Of a stretch of 25,553 nucleotides of DNA, positions 1-9,495 are shown one piece after another. Each line of letters opens with the position of its first letter. The first letter of the stretch is position 1. The translations under genes and the position numbers were made by a program. Under the pieces are notes generated by a model that saw only the letters and a program-made list of their open reading frames with translations, did no database searches and was not told the DNA's origin. This DNA comes from a virus (lineage: Duplodnaviria > Caudoviricetes), in IMG/VR virus record IMGVR_UViG_3300022929_004836, positions 1 through 25,553 of that record; one strand, given 5' to 3'.

Positions 1-50
1 ACATCTATTACTGGATTACGTGCTTTTTTAGGTTTTTTCTTAGATGGCAT
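1..50 (-). CDS. 5' fragment of a probable tail tip/host-specificity protein (lambda gpJ-like); runs off the window edge
   Basis: Not in the ORF track. ATG at 50 reads MPSKKKPKKARNPVID..., 7 nt after the gpI stop. The basic N-terminus and the position after M-L-K-I fit gpJ. Confidence 0.6.
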   Translation of the reverse strand, partial: MPSKKKPKKARNPVID

Positions 51-57
51 TTTTTTA

Positions 58-822
58 TTACTCTCCTCTATTCCAATTTGTTGTGTTTATAGGTATACTT
101 GGGTTAAAAGAATATTTTAGCCCATCAGTAGGGTTACCCCATTCGTCTTTAGGTTGTACTTCTGCATCTATATCTAGAGTATCTACAGCACTTTGTATAA
201 CATGACTACCAACAAGTAATCTTCCGTAAGCTACATATACCGGACCCCCTTCTCGAATTGTATTTTCGGGACCGTTAAAAAAATAAGATTTTGATCCCCC
301 TTGTTCTATTTCTCTAAAATCTCCGAATTTAGGCATAGGTGTTAGGAGGTTTGTGACACCGGCAGCTACTAAACCTAAACCGCCGATAACCATAGCCCCT
401 TGCACCGCAGTCATTTTACCAAGGCCACCAGCTGCTATCGCTCCTCCTACCCCTGCAGCTATAAGAGCTACGCCTACAACAATAGTGATGATTGACATTG
501 CATCTCCTCCAGCTCCTTCCACAACCGGCACTATGTCGATTGTTTTTATATTAGGGTTATTTAACATCAGCTCAGAGGAACCGAGACCTTCTAAAGTGTT
601 AGGGTTTTTCCCCTCTTCAATTGCAAAATCTTTTTTATTTATCAGGACTCTATATTTTATACTTTTTCTATCATTCTCCCAAAGGGTTTTGTAAAACTTT
701 TTACAGTTGGCTTCCACACCTCTGATAGCATCAGAAACACTGTTTACCGAAAGTTTCCATTCCTTTCTTCCTAATTGTTCAGCTAAAATGCCATGAACTT
801 TAATGTTAGTTAAATTGCTCAT
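58..822 (-). CDS. Tail assembly protein, lambda gpI-like (ubiquitin-like N-domain, Gly/Ala hydrophobic segment)
   Basis: IKVHGILAEQLG...VNSVSDAIRGV, IDIVPVVEGAGG, hydrophobic Gly-rich stretch, SYFFNGPENTIREGGPVYVAYGRLLVGSHVI; synteny with gpK/gpL/gpM. Confidence 0.9.
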   Translation of the reverse strand: MSNLTNIKVHGILAEQLGRKEWKLSVNSVSDAIRGVEANCKKFYKTLWENDRKSIKYRVLINKKDFAIEEGKNPNTLEGLGSSELMLNNPNIKTIDIVPVVEGAGGDAMSIITIVVGVALIAAGVGGAIAAGGLGKMTAVQGAMVIGGLGLVAAGVTNLLTPMPKFGDFREIEQGGSKSYFFNGPENTIREGGPVYVAYGRLLVGSHVIQSAVDTLDIDAEVQPKDEWGNPTDGLKYSFNPSIPINTTNWNRGE

Positions 823-1534
823 TACGATAAATTTTATAGATTTTTTTTATGATTTTTTCAGACATGTTCTCGATTGTCGTATACATATTTCTAGGTCGAT
901 GAATTATCTTTTTATCTCCTAAGTATACACCGGCATGATTAGCTTTTCTTCCGGGAACCATTTTAAAAAGTAATATGTCATGTTTCTTTGCCAATGAAAA
1001 ATCATCAATCTCTTTTAGAGAGGGATTCATTGACGCTATTTCTTCAGGTAGGTTAGGTATTTTACTTTGCCATTCTTCATCTCGTGTTTTTGGAGAGTCT
1101 GATAGATTTATATTTAAGCTCTTATAATATTCTGTTACAAAATTATAACAATCAGTTTTACCCATTACAAAAGGCTTATCATGAATAAATGTTTTTTCTT
1201 TTTTAGGGTCGAATGTAGAGAAAATATCTTTCTCAATATTATATAGGATATAAAAAAGATCATGACCCTTGCTATTCAACATATCGTAGGATGAAAATTT
1301 TTCACTGGTGGATGGATGAGAGTGATATACAGCTTTTATATCCCCAGAGTCACTTGCCCTAACATAATCCAGAGTACAGATTGAAAAATGTTTGGTAGGT
1401 TCATCTGAGACATTTCGACAATTAAAAACTTGATTAGAATTATCACGAGACACGATTAAACCACAGCATTCTTTTGGAGCTTCTTTAAGAGAATGCAGTT
1501 TTATTGATTTTTTTATATCTTCAGTGAGTTTCAT
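806..1534 (-). CDS. Tail assembly protein, lambda gpK-like (JAB/MPN metalloprotease plus NlpC/P60)
   Basis: PKECCGLI and YHSHP...S..D JAMM motif; NlpC/P60 DCY cysteine and NHAGVYLG histidine. Confidence 0.92.
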   Translation of the reverse strand: MKLTEDIKKSIKLHSLKEAPKECCGLIVSRDNSNQVFNCRNVSDEPTKHFSICTLDYVRASDSGDIKAVYHSHPSTSEKFSSYDMLNSKGHDLFYILYNIEKDIFSTFDPKKEKTFIHDKPFVMGKTDCYNFVTEYYKSLNINLSDSPKTRDEEWQSKIPNLPEEIASMNPSLKEIDDFSLAKKHDILLFKMVPGRKANHAGVYLGDKKIIHRPRNMYTTIENMSEKIIKKIYKIYRNEQFN

Positions 1535-1539
1535 TTTTT

Positions 1540-2859
1540 TTATCCTCCTCTTGCTATTTTTTTAGCGGCAGGAAATCCTCCGTATGGCAATTCTCCGATT
1601 TGAATTTGACAACCGCCTTTATTAGCAGTTTTTCTATTTCGCGCTCCCCACCTTAATCTACATCCTGTTAAACTTTTTGAGCATTGATCAGCAACCCAAT
1701 AGTCAGTGTTAGGCGGTGCTACAATTTGTCCGGCGCTCATAGTTTTTTTACAAACATAATAATATTTGACTGAATCTTTTACTACATATACATAATTTCC
1801 AATTTTGTAACCATCCGAGGACTCTTTATTAAAAAGTCCTAGATTCTCGAAAGAAAAATTGTCTACTAATTGGTTTTGCAATGCTTCAGTAATTATATCA
1901 TCATCAGAATCAGTAGCTACAGGGGGAGAATTAAGCAGCATTCCACAACCTTGAAGTTTTATTTTGTCTGATGAGTTCTCTGTGACAGCGTTATTATTCT
2001 CGTCTTGTATTATACCGTCATTTCTTAAAGTTTTTAGTCTAGCTTTTCTTAAAATAGGTATCTCTACATTTTCAGGAGTAGTGTTGGATGTAGAATAATT
2101 TTGTAGTTCTCCTCCTCCTGCTTGATTTCCCTGTTCTGGGTGCTGATACCAACATCCAATACCTCTATACTGCCAAACACATTTATCTGCCAGCAGTACT
2201 CTCTTGGGAAGTTTTGTACCTTCTAAGTCCAACACTGAGGAGAGCTGATAAGTTAAATTAATTTTGTTTTCTGTTTGTTTTCTTTCGATATAGTAAATAT
2301 CATCTGGCAAATAGGCATAAGGATCAGGTTCATATCCATCAGGTAGCATATTACTTTGATTTGATACTCTGGCTAATTTATTGGAGCCAAAATTAACTAA
2401 ATCTAAATATTTGGCGAAAGTTCTCTTTCTAGTGACTTTAGCCCCAACTATATCTCCCATTTTTCGTATTTCGTATTTTAGAAGTGCTATCTGATCAATA
2501 CCGTTTTCAGAATTAGCTGAAATAGAGAGAGTTGGTTGTGGTAAAGAGCCTTTTGTGGTGGTTTCAAAACCTGAAGCATTTATCGGAGCAGGATAGTAAG
2601 TCTTACCTTGCCACACGATATAAGAATTAAAAACTTTTATGTTATTATGGAACCTCAATATCCCATCTTCTGCTTGCCCCTGTTGAATTCCTTGAGATTC
2701 AGCGTCTTGTGAAAGATTTATATTGGAATCTAGCGCAAGTTGAGAAATATCAATCTCAAACATGGTAACCATTGCTGAAGGTGCGAGGTTAGCAATTTCC
2801 GCGTTTAAAGACTTGACTGAACTTCTAGCTTTTTCTGGTGTTTGTGAGTAATCTGGCAT
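1540..2859 (-). CDS. Minor tail protein, lambda gpL-like (4Fe-4S cysteine motif)
   Basis: IVWQGKTYYPAPINASGFE, LPQPTLSI, VGAKVTRKRTFAKYLD, CVWQYRGIGC and DQCSKSLTGCRLRW, ending LPYGGFP. Confidence 0.92.
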   Translation of the reverse strand: MPDYSQTPEKARSSVKSLNAEIANLAPSAMVTMFEIDISQLALDSNINLSQDAESQGIQQGQAEDGILRFHNNIKVFNSYIVWQGKTYYPAPINASGFETTTKGSLPQPTLSISANSENGIDQIALLKYEIRKMGDIVGAKVTRKRTFAKYLDLVNFGSNKLARVSNQSNMLPDGYEPDPYAYLPDDIYYIERKQTENKINLTYQLSSVLDLEGTKLPKRVLLADKCVWQYRGIGCWYQHPEQGNQAGGGELQNYSTSNTTPENVEIPILRKARLKTLRNDGIIQDENNNAVTENSSDKIKLQGCGMLLNSPPVATDSDDDIITEALQNQLVDNFSFENLGLFNKESSDGYKIGNYVYVVKDSVKYYYVCKKTMSAGQIVAPPNTDYWVADQCSKSLTGCRLRWGARNRKTANKGGCQIQIGELPYGGFPAAKKIARGG

Positions 2860-2861
2860 GA

Positions 2862-3458
2862 TTAGGTATTGGTTTCTATAAATGTAGCTTTGACAGAGTG
2901 ATTATCATGAAAAACAAAGCTTGAAGTAAAATTAGCACAATAAAATCTCTTTTTATAACCTCCATCAGCATAAATAGATGGTAAATGTCTCATTACAAAA
3001 CTTTCTGTGCCTTTTCTAGCTTTAAGAAAATGTAAGATAGCTCTAGCTTCTATATCGGTTCGCATATCAAATGATAAATCAATTTTTATTAGTGTGTTGT
3101 AGATACCATTTTGTATTCTTTGTTCATAACCATTCCCAAAAACTATGGGATTCACACTAGGCTGATTGTTAACACTTACATTATACGAGGGGATCCATAA
3201 AAATTCTGGTAAAAGTTGACTCCCATTACTAGTGGTACCTATACCAACAGCTCCTAATGTTCTAGTAAAACCGCCCCAATAATTTACATTAGTAACAGCT
3301 GTGCTAGATGGTACATCTTGTAACGCATAGTAGTATTTAATGTTTTTTGGGACTCCGTTAGTCCCTTCAATGATTTCTTGAACGAAAACTATAGCGTTTT
3401 TTACATAGCTCCGAGCAGAGTTATGTTCTGGAATATTGTATATACTATCATTAGCCAT
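2862..3458 (-). CDS. Minor tail protein, lambda gpM-like, with N-terminal extension
   Basis: FLWIPSY...FGNGYEQRIQNGIYN...AILHFLKARKGTESF...VKATFIE matches the gpM pattern; first gene of the M-L-K-I-J run. Confidence 0.85.
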   Translation of the reverse strand: MANDSIYNIPEHNSARSYVKNAIVFVQEIIEGTNGVPKNIKYYYALQDVPSSTAVTNVNYWGGFTRTLGAVGIGTTSNGSQLLPEFLWIPSYNVSVNNQPSVNPIVFGNGYEQRIQNGIYNTLIKIDLSFDMRTDIEARAILHFLKARKGTESFVMRHLPSIYADGGYKKRFYCANFTSSFVFHDNHSVKATFIETNT

Positions 3459-3484
3459 TTTGCCTTAATCCTTTATTATTATAA

Positions 3485-3504
3485 TACACTGAAAAAAGAG
3501 TGTA
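3485..3504. promoter_or_regulatory. Divergent pair of AGTGTA motifs (putative phage late promoters)
   Basis: TACACT (3485-3490)-GAAAAAAG-AGTGTA (3499-3504), one copy facing each divergent structural operon. Confidence 0.6.
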
Positions 3505-3520
3505 AAATAAAGATAAAGTA

Positions 3521-4366
3521 ATGTTAGGTAGAATAACAAGGGAGGCTGAAAGGCTCACAATCAACGGTAGCGGAATACAAGGAGTGCAATCTTTAAGCGC
3601 GTCTTATCAATCCGTAGCTAGACCAGTGTCTAATTTAGGTATAAATTCAATACAGTATTACCCAGAAGGCCCGCAACAGGCCACTTTGGAAGTAAATACT
3701 CTGTTAACTAATTTTTTACCAATTCCTGACGAGTTTAGTGAATACACGTCCCGTGATCCTATGCAAAACTATACAGGAACCTTGCCTTTTAGTGGTATAG
3801 TAGATCATGGAAGTAAAAAGTTTTACTTTACGGAAGGTTATTTAGAAACGTATTCGGCTACTTGTGCAGTCGGCCAAATACCTCAATCTTCAACGAGTTC
3901 TGTAATTTATGGAAATTTTGGAACTGATGCTCAATTTAACTCATGGGAACAAACCTCTGAAACCCCCACCAGCCTTAATGTAACGAGTTATGGGTCAATG
4001 GAAATAAATTTAGACACTTTTGCTACTAATAGGGTTAATTCTTTTAATGTAAACATAGCTACGCCAAGGTTACCAATTTATGCAATCGGTAATGATGAAC
4101 CTACTGGGGTAATTGCTGGAACCCCTATCGAAGTAAATGTAAATTTTGAAATAGAGCCAGACGACTATGAAATAAAAAACATGCGTCTTATACCTGACGA
4201 AACTGTTTTCAAGAATACTGTAATAACTTTGAAAAAAAATAATACTCACGATATATTATTAAGGTATTCTTTTGATGACATGTTATTAACATCTGAATCT
4301 TTTAATGCAACTAGTGATTCTAACGCAAGGATCAATTTTAACTTAAGATCTTTCATTTTACGTTAA
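3521..4366 (+). CDS. Virion structural protein, tail-tube-like with internal duplication (paralog 1)
   Basis: Beta-rich. Two similar halves: GVQSLSASYQSVARPVSNLG versus RVNSFNVNIATPRLPIYAIG. Adjacent to tail genes. Confidence 0.6.
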   Translation: MLGRITREAERLTINGSGIQGVQSLSASYQSVARPVSNLGINSIQYYPEGPQQATLEVNTLLTNFLPIPDEFSEYTSRDPMQNYTGTLPFSGIVDHGSKKFYFTEGYLETYSATCAVGQIPQSSTSSVIYGNFGTDAQFNSWEQTSETPTSLNVTSYGSMEINLDTFATNRVNSFNVNIATPRLPIYAIGNDEPTGVIAGTPIEVNVNFEIEPDDYEIKNMRLIPDETVFKNTVITLKKNNTHDILLRYSFDDMLLTSESFNATSDSNARINFNLRSFILR

Positions 4367-4370
4367 AAAT

Positions 4371-4380
4371 AGTGTAATAT
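4371..4380 (+). promoter_or_regulatory. AGTGTAATAT putative late promoter motif
   Basis: AGTGTA at 4371-4376 in a 25-nt gap, 15 nt before the ATG at 4392. Confidence 0.55.
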
Positions 4381-4391
4381 CAAAAAAGGTT

Positions 4392-5303
4392 ATGGCAAGA
4401 ATATTTTACGATAAGGCTCCGGTTGAAATTCAGGCTCTAGGTACCAACTTTAGAGAAACCCTGATAGCGACGGACTGTAGTATAAATTTTAATAATTCAC
4501 AGTCTCCCATCTATTCTGTAGGTAAAAAGGGTCCAATCGGTCAGTTTCCTTCTGCCGCGAGGGTAGGGGATATTTCTTTTAACTTTTTAACCACGATAAC
4601 TGGGCAATTTGAAAATATTGTAGGTATTGGAGTGACTTCCAGAAATGGTAATATTATTAACTACTTATCAGACGCAATCAAAAATTCTACTGATTCAGAG
4701 GCTAGTGGAGTACTAATTAAATGCGCAAATGTTAGCGGAGTAGGTTTTTTAAATTCTTATAGTTTTAATACGTCTGCAAATAGTATTTCTTCTTCAAGCG
4801 CCGCCTTCACTCTTTTCGGATCTGGTAGTGATCTTCCTGTTAGCGGTAGGTTAAGTGGGGTAAGTGCAGGTGTAGGTGTCGGAGCTTCAGTAACCACTGG
4901 TATTGCACATGGTAGGTACACGACCATGCCGTCTAGTTTAAATACCACTTTATATCAAGCTGATGCTGCCTCGGGAGATAGATATGCTACAGGTACCATT
5001 TATAGCGCTGATTACTCAATAAGTTTTAACCATAACCCTATTTATAAAATTGGCCAAGAGTTTCCAGTAACTACATTCTATACAAACGCTTCTGAAAGTT
5101 TAAACGTTTCTGAAGATATATTTAACTCAGGTTTAAAGTATGATGAAACGGCTGCTACTTATGATTTACAGCTAAAAGGGCTATCTACAAGTGGTGAACC
5201 TCTTTTTGTGAGAGTAAAAGATGCAAAACAAATCAGCACCTCTGCATCTGTGGGGTTAGATGATATTATTAGAACTCAAAAAACCTTAACAGCCGCTTAT
5301 TAA
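4392..5303 (+). CDS. Virion structural protein, tail-tube-like with internal duplication (paralog 2)
   Basis: ATDCSINFNNSQSPIYSVG versus YSADYSISFNHNPIYKIG; GFLNSYSFN matches GYLETYSAT and GYLTSYSVN in the neighbours. Confidence 0.6.
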   Translation: MARIFYDKAPVEIQALGTNFRETLIATDCSINFNNSQSPIYSVGKKGPIGQFPSAARVGDISFNFLTTITGQFENIVGIGVTSRNGNIINYLSDAIKNSTDSEASGVLIKCANVSGVGFLNSYSFNTSANSISSSSAAFTLFGSGSDLPVSGRLSGVSAGVGVGASVTTGIAHGRYTTMPSSLNTTLYQADAASGDRYATGTIYSADYSISFNHNPIYKIGQEFPVTTFYTNASESLNVSEDIFNSGLKYDETAATYDLQLKGLSTSGEPLFVRVKDAKQISTSASVGLDDIIRTQKTLTAAY

Positions 5304-5304
5304 T

Positions 5305-6189
5305 GTGTTTTATACCGCGAACAATTCTAAACTGCAGATTAATGGGAATGAAATTTTAGCTTCCAATGCTGAAATCTCTCTTCAGGCAAATCTGCAACCT
5401 AATTACAATATAAAGCAGCGTCATACGGAAAGTTTTACAGCTACTAATGGTATAGGTGGGACTTTATCTTTTAATTATTACCTAACAGGTACCGATTATT
5501 TTAAATCTTTTATAACTGGCCAAGCCGAAGCCCCTTTTAAATCTAGTCAGGTCATTTCCGGTAATTTTGGTGGATTAAATTTTGATAGTGGTTATTTAAC
5601 ATCATATTCTGTTAATTTTAGCCCTAACGCCCCTGCTGTAGCCAGTGCTTCATTATCTTTTTTCGATCAGTTAAATGGTAAATTTAACCCTACAACAGAG
5701 CAGGCACCTACCGATAAAGAGGTGCTTAATTTCAGAAACGCTATTGTTGCTCATTATATACCTATAGAAAATACTACATTATCAGGATCAGTAGAGGATT
5801 TTGTTGCTGGAACTTATAATTACCAATCCGAAGTCCAACCAGTTTACTTAATGGGAGAAACAAAACCAAGTTCCGTTAGCTTTGGCCCAAAAAATGTAAA
5901 CATGAATTTTGAAACAGACAACCCTACTGGCTATTTACCAGTTTCAGGAAATTCTGCTAGGATTTCTGTAGATTTAAAAAATAATGCTGGAGCCATAGTG
6001 GAAAACTTTACCTGCTCAGGTGTTGTAAGGGGTAGAAATTTAGCTTCAGCAGTTGGAGATTATATAAAGCAAACCATTAACGTTACTCAAGCTTCTGTTC
6101 AGGATACAAATGTGTTTGTTTCTGCGATAATAGACAGTTTCGGTGGGGAAGCTAATGTAGGTATAGGAACTGAGGGAGGAAATATATAA
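5305..6189 (+). CDS. Virion structural protein, tail-tube-like with internal duplication (paralog 3)
   Basis: GTG start. ASNAEISLQANLQPNYNI versus AGTYNYQSEVQPVYLMG; GYLTSYSVN motif shared with the paralogs. Confidence 0.6.
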   Translation: MFYTANNSKLQINGNEILASNAEISLQANLQPNYNIKQRHTESFTATNGIGGTLSFNYYLTGTDYFKSFITGQAEAPFKSSQVISGNFGGLNFDSGYLTSYSVNFSPNAPAVASASLSFFDQLNGKFNPTTEQAPTDKEVLNFRNAIVAHYIPIENTTLSGSVEDFVAGTYNYQSEVQPVYLMGETKPSSVSFGPKNVNMNFETDNPTGYLPVSGNSARISVDLKNNAGAIVENFTCSGVVRGRNLASAVGDYIKQTINVTQASVQDTNVFVSAIIDSFGGEANVGIGTEGGNI

Positions 6190-9100
6190 ATGCCAATATT
6201 TAACCCAAAAAAAAGTTTTGTCTTAAGTGGCCAGAATATCAACTTTACCCAAAGGGTATTTTTCGGAGAAGAAGAGGTAGAAGAACTGTTCTATCTTGGA
6301 AATACTGGACTATCCGGTGAGGTTCCTGCTGCTGCCATAACTGATGACATTAATATTCAAATAAATGAAGGGTTACTGAGTTTAGGAGAGCAAAACATTG
6401 TCTTAGACTCTTCTAGTCAAGTCTTAGTAAGTGGACTTACACCCGAATTTGTTAGTGGAGCTGCTGGAACTATACTACAACTGTCTGGGGAAAATTTTTA
6501 CAGAATTACAGATGTTAATTTTGGAACAGGTATAGGTAAATCTTCTCAATTTAGCGTATTATCTGACAATATAATAGAAGTCGTTGTCCCTACTGGCGCT
6601 ACTTATGATGACATAACGGTGTTTTCTTCTTTAAGAACTGGGGCAAATGGAAACATTTCATTAGCTAGCGGTAAAACTTATAATAAATTTGTCCCTATCC
6701 CCGTAGTCACAGGTATAAATTCAGGTCAATTAAAAGCTGGGGAAGATTTTATTGTTGGTGGTCAAGCTCTTTCGGGGGTTACTGGGGTAAGTGTAAATGA
6801 TGTTATATTTAACAATTTTGAATTATTGGGAGCGACTGGAGTTAAAGCTGAAGTCCCAACTGGAGTTCAAGTAGGTGGACATGTTTTTACAATACCTAAA
6901 GGGCCTATCGACCTTTTGCTTGCCAGCGGTGTATCTCATCGACCTCCTAGCGGTTTCTTTTTTAGCCCACTCGCTGAAGTGGTAAGTATTTCAGCTGGAA
7001 ACACCACTGGTACTATCATGACCATAAGTGGCAACAATTTTAATTCGGGTATGTTTTATACTGGGGAAGGGAACGGCGATTCTTGTTTGGTTACGGTTGG
7101 CGATCAGACTGGTAATTTTAAAATTACGACTGATGCTGGTGGATATAACAGGCTGACAGGAATAGTTCCAACTGGTCTAAAAATGGGTATTTCTGGTGGT
7201 AATGTCGCGGTGGGTGACGCAGAGATAACTAGACATTCAGTTTCATTATTTACCGATAATTACCCTGAACAATACCCTTCCGAAGTTTTATTTAGACCCG
7301 GTATAGGTAGCCCTACTGTTTCCAATTTAACTCCAAATTCAGGAGTAGGAGCAACATCTGTTATAATAGAAGGCGATAACCTTTTCGGTATAACTGGGGT
7401 AAATTTCAGGGGCGGTAATGTGGGTGTCGGAACAGAATTCTCAGAAAATAGTATAGTGGGTATGGTGCCCGGTAAAAGTATTATGGCTACTATTCCTGAT
7501 ACTAATAGTTTTGCCACAGGAGGAGGGCATTTGGATTTAGATGTATCCGGTTTCTTTGGTAGCGTTAGTATAGAATCTGGATTTTTTGTGTATAGTATAC
7601 CTAGAATACACACTATAATTCCCGGCGGAAGCGGTATAAGCCCGGGTAGCACTGGAACCATATATGGTGAAGGTTTTTATTCTGGAACGACTGTTAATTT
7701 ATATGGTGGGGATGGAACTTTATCTAATCAAAATTTTCAAAGACAGTTAGCTATAAGTGGGTATTCTGATAATTATGATGAAATAGTTTTTTACTATCCG
7801 AATATTTTTGAGACCGGTAATTCCTATGGAATACGTGTCGAGAATGATAGAGCAGGGACTTCTCTTTATCGTGTTACTGGATTTAAATCCCCAACTTTAA
7901 GCGGAGTAAGTCTTACTACAGGGGTGCAGGGAGAACCCGTTACCGTTTCAGGTTTTTTTGATGAGTTGGATCCTAGTGGCGTCAAAATAGGTGATAAAAT
8001 TGTAGAGGATTTTGTTAGAACTGATACTACTGGCATAACATTTACGATCCCAAAGAAAACTAGCACTAATTTAATTTCTATAAATACTAGCGGAGGATTT
8101 GTTTCAAGTACCGGTCTTCTTAATATAATACCAGCTAAACCAGAGTTAAGCGGATATTATCCACAACAAACAGGTCAAAGACCAGACACTTTTGATTCAT
8201 CTGCTCAGGTTTTTGCTATAAATAACATAATTACCCTAACTGGAGAATCTTTAAATTTAGTCACAGGTATAAACTTTACTGGTCTTGGAATGAATTCTCA
8301 AATAGGTATAAATAATTTTGTATCTAAATCACCTCAGGAACTTTCTTTTGTTTTGCCAACCGGAGTAAATGCTCAGAGCGGTAATTTTATTATAAAAGAC
8401 TTTTTAAATAGAGAAACTGTAAGTCCATTTCCAATGAATCTAATACAATCTTCCGGGTTTAATAGTAATTTATTACCGGGTGAATTATTAGACCTTAGTG
8501 GTGAAAATGTTACAGGTATGACTTTAAGGTTCCCAGATTTAACAGGTGGTTTTAGAGAACCTGAAGTAACTGCAAACGCTGTTTCTGGTGGGTTAGGAGT
8601 ACTGTCTGTGAGAATTCCTAGTGGGATAGTCAATGGAAGCGTTTTAATATCAGGTAATAGTAACACTAGTGCTGGCGAGCTTTTTGATTTTAATCCATTA
8701 CCAGTTATCACTGGGGTAACTGGATTTAACTCATCTTACCAATCTACAACAGGTAATTTGATTTCGGTAACTGGTATTAACTTTAATTCTAATATTTATG
8801 GAAGTGGGGATAACTTTATATCAATTAGCGGAACAGGAAACAATTTGTCCCAACCGCAAGTCAAAGAATATGAGATAATTAATATATCGACTGGATCAGG
8901 TATAGGAGTAGGCCCAGAACCTCTTTACTCTAAAATTGATTTTAGGTTAGATAATTCTTTTATCGGCACTGGGCAGTTTTTTATTGGTAATAATGACAAT
9001 GCAGATTTTAGCGCAAAACAAATTTCATTTTTCCCGCAGCCTTATGTTGTTAATGGAACGAGAGTAAATGTGACTGGTTATGGTCCTTCTCGTGGTGTTA

Positions 9101-9495
9101 CTGGGTCAAATGTAGAATTAACAGGAGAAGGTTTAAGAGCTGTAACGGGAGTTTTCTTTCAAATACCCAGTGGATCAAATCTAGAGTCAGAATTTACTAT
9201 AAACTCTCCTACTAAAATTACAGCTACTGTTCCCAAAGAAGGTATAGAATCAAGAGGTATGGCAAACATACTCTTATCTGGGGGTACGAACCAAAATGTA
9301 GGTCAGTTCGAAATGATTCTAGATGCTAGCGTAGTAGAATTTAATATCGTAGAAGAAGATGATGTACCCGCAAGCTCTACTAGGGTAGGAAACTTTACCC
9401 AAAAGGAAACTATTAATGGCACCGTATTTTTAGTTACTAGGACTAGATTTCCAGATGGAACAACGGCTATTATTAGTAGCACCCCTCAGTCTTAA
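6190..9495 (+). CDS. Large IPT/TIG (Ig-like) repeat virion protein, Ser-Gly/Thr-Gly rich
   Basis: Repeated units such as PTVSNLTPNSGVGATSVIIEGDNLFGITGVNF and VTGYGPSRGVTGSNVELTGEGLRAVTGVFF...FTINSPTKITATVP are typical IPT/TIG. About ten units by eye. No signal peptide evident. Confidence 0.8.
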   Translation: MPIFNPKKSFVLSGQNINFTQRVFFGEEEVEELFYLGNTGLSGEVPAAAITDDINIQINEGLLSLGEQNIVLDSSSQVLVSGLTPEFVSGAAGTILQLSGENFYRITDVNFGTGIGKSSQFSVLSDNIIEVVVPTGATYDDITVFSSLRTGANGNISLASGKTYNKFVPIPVVTGINSGQLKAGEDFIVGGQALSGVTGVSVNDVIFNNFELLGATGVKAEVPTGVQVGGHVFTIPKGPIDLLLASGVSHRPPSGFFFSPLAEVVSISAGNTTGTIMTISGNNFNSGMFYTGEGNGDSCLVTVGDQTGNFKITTDAGGYNRLTGIVPTGLKMGISGGNVAVGDAEITRHSVSLFTDNYPEQYPSEVLFRPGIGSPTVSNLTPNSGVGATSVIIEGDNLFGITGVNFRGGNVGVGTEFSENSIVGMVPGKSIMATIPDTNSFATGGGHLDLDVSGFFGSVSIESGFFVYSIPRIHTIIPGGSGISPGSTGTIYGEGFYSGTTVNLYGGDGTLSNQNFQRQLAISGYSDNYDEIVFYYPNIFETGNSYGIRVENDRAGTSLYRVTGFKSPTLSGVSLTTGVQGEPVTVSGFFDELDPSGVKIGDKIVEDFVRTDTTGITFTIPKKTSTNLISINTSGGFVSSTGLLNIIPAKPELSGYYPQQTGQRPDTFDSSAQVFAINNIITLTGESLNLVTGINFTGLGMNSQIGINNFVSKSPQELSFVLPTGVNAQSGNFIIKDFLNRETVSPFPMNLIQSSGFNSNLLPGELLDLSGENVTGMTLRFPDLTGGFREPEVTANAVSGGLGVLSVRIPSGIVNGSVLISGNSNTSAGELFDFNPLPVITGVTGFNSSYQSTTGNLISVTGINFNSNIYGSGDNFISISGTGNNLSQPQVKEYEIINISTGSGIGVGPEPLYSKIDFRLDNSFIGTGQFFIGNNDNADFSAKQISFFPQPYVVNGTRVNVTGYGPSRGVTGSNVELTGEGLRAVTGVFFQIPSGSNLESEFTINSPTKITATVPKEGIESRGMANILLSGGTNQNVGQFEMILDASVVEFNIVEEDDVPASSTRVGNFTQKETINGTVFLVTRTRFPDGTTAIISSTPQS

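Noticed and set aside
353-694. 113-aa plus-strand ORF
   Set aside because: Antisense shadow of the Gly/Ala-rich part of gpI.
4757-8711. Minus-strand ORFs 4757-4948, 7260-7661, 7866-8066 and 8373-8711
   Set aside because: Pro-rich antisense shadows of Gly-rich structural genes.
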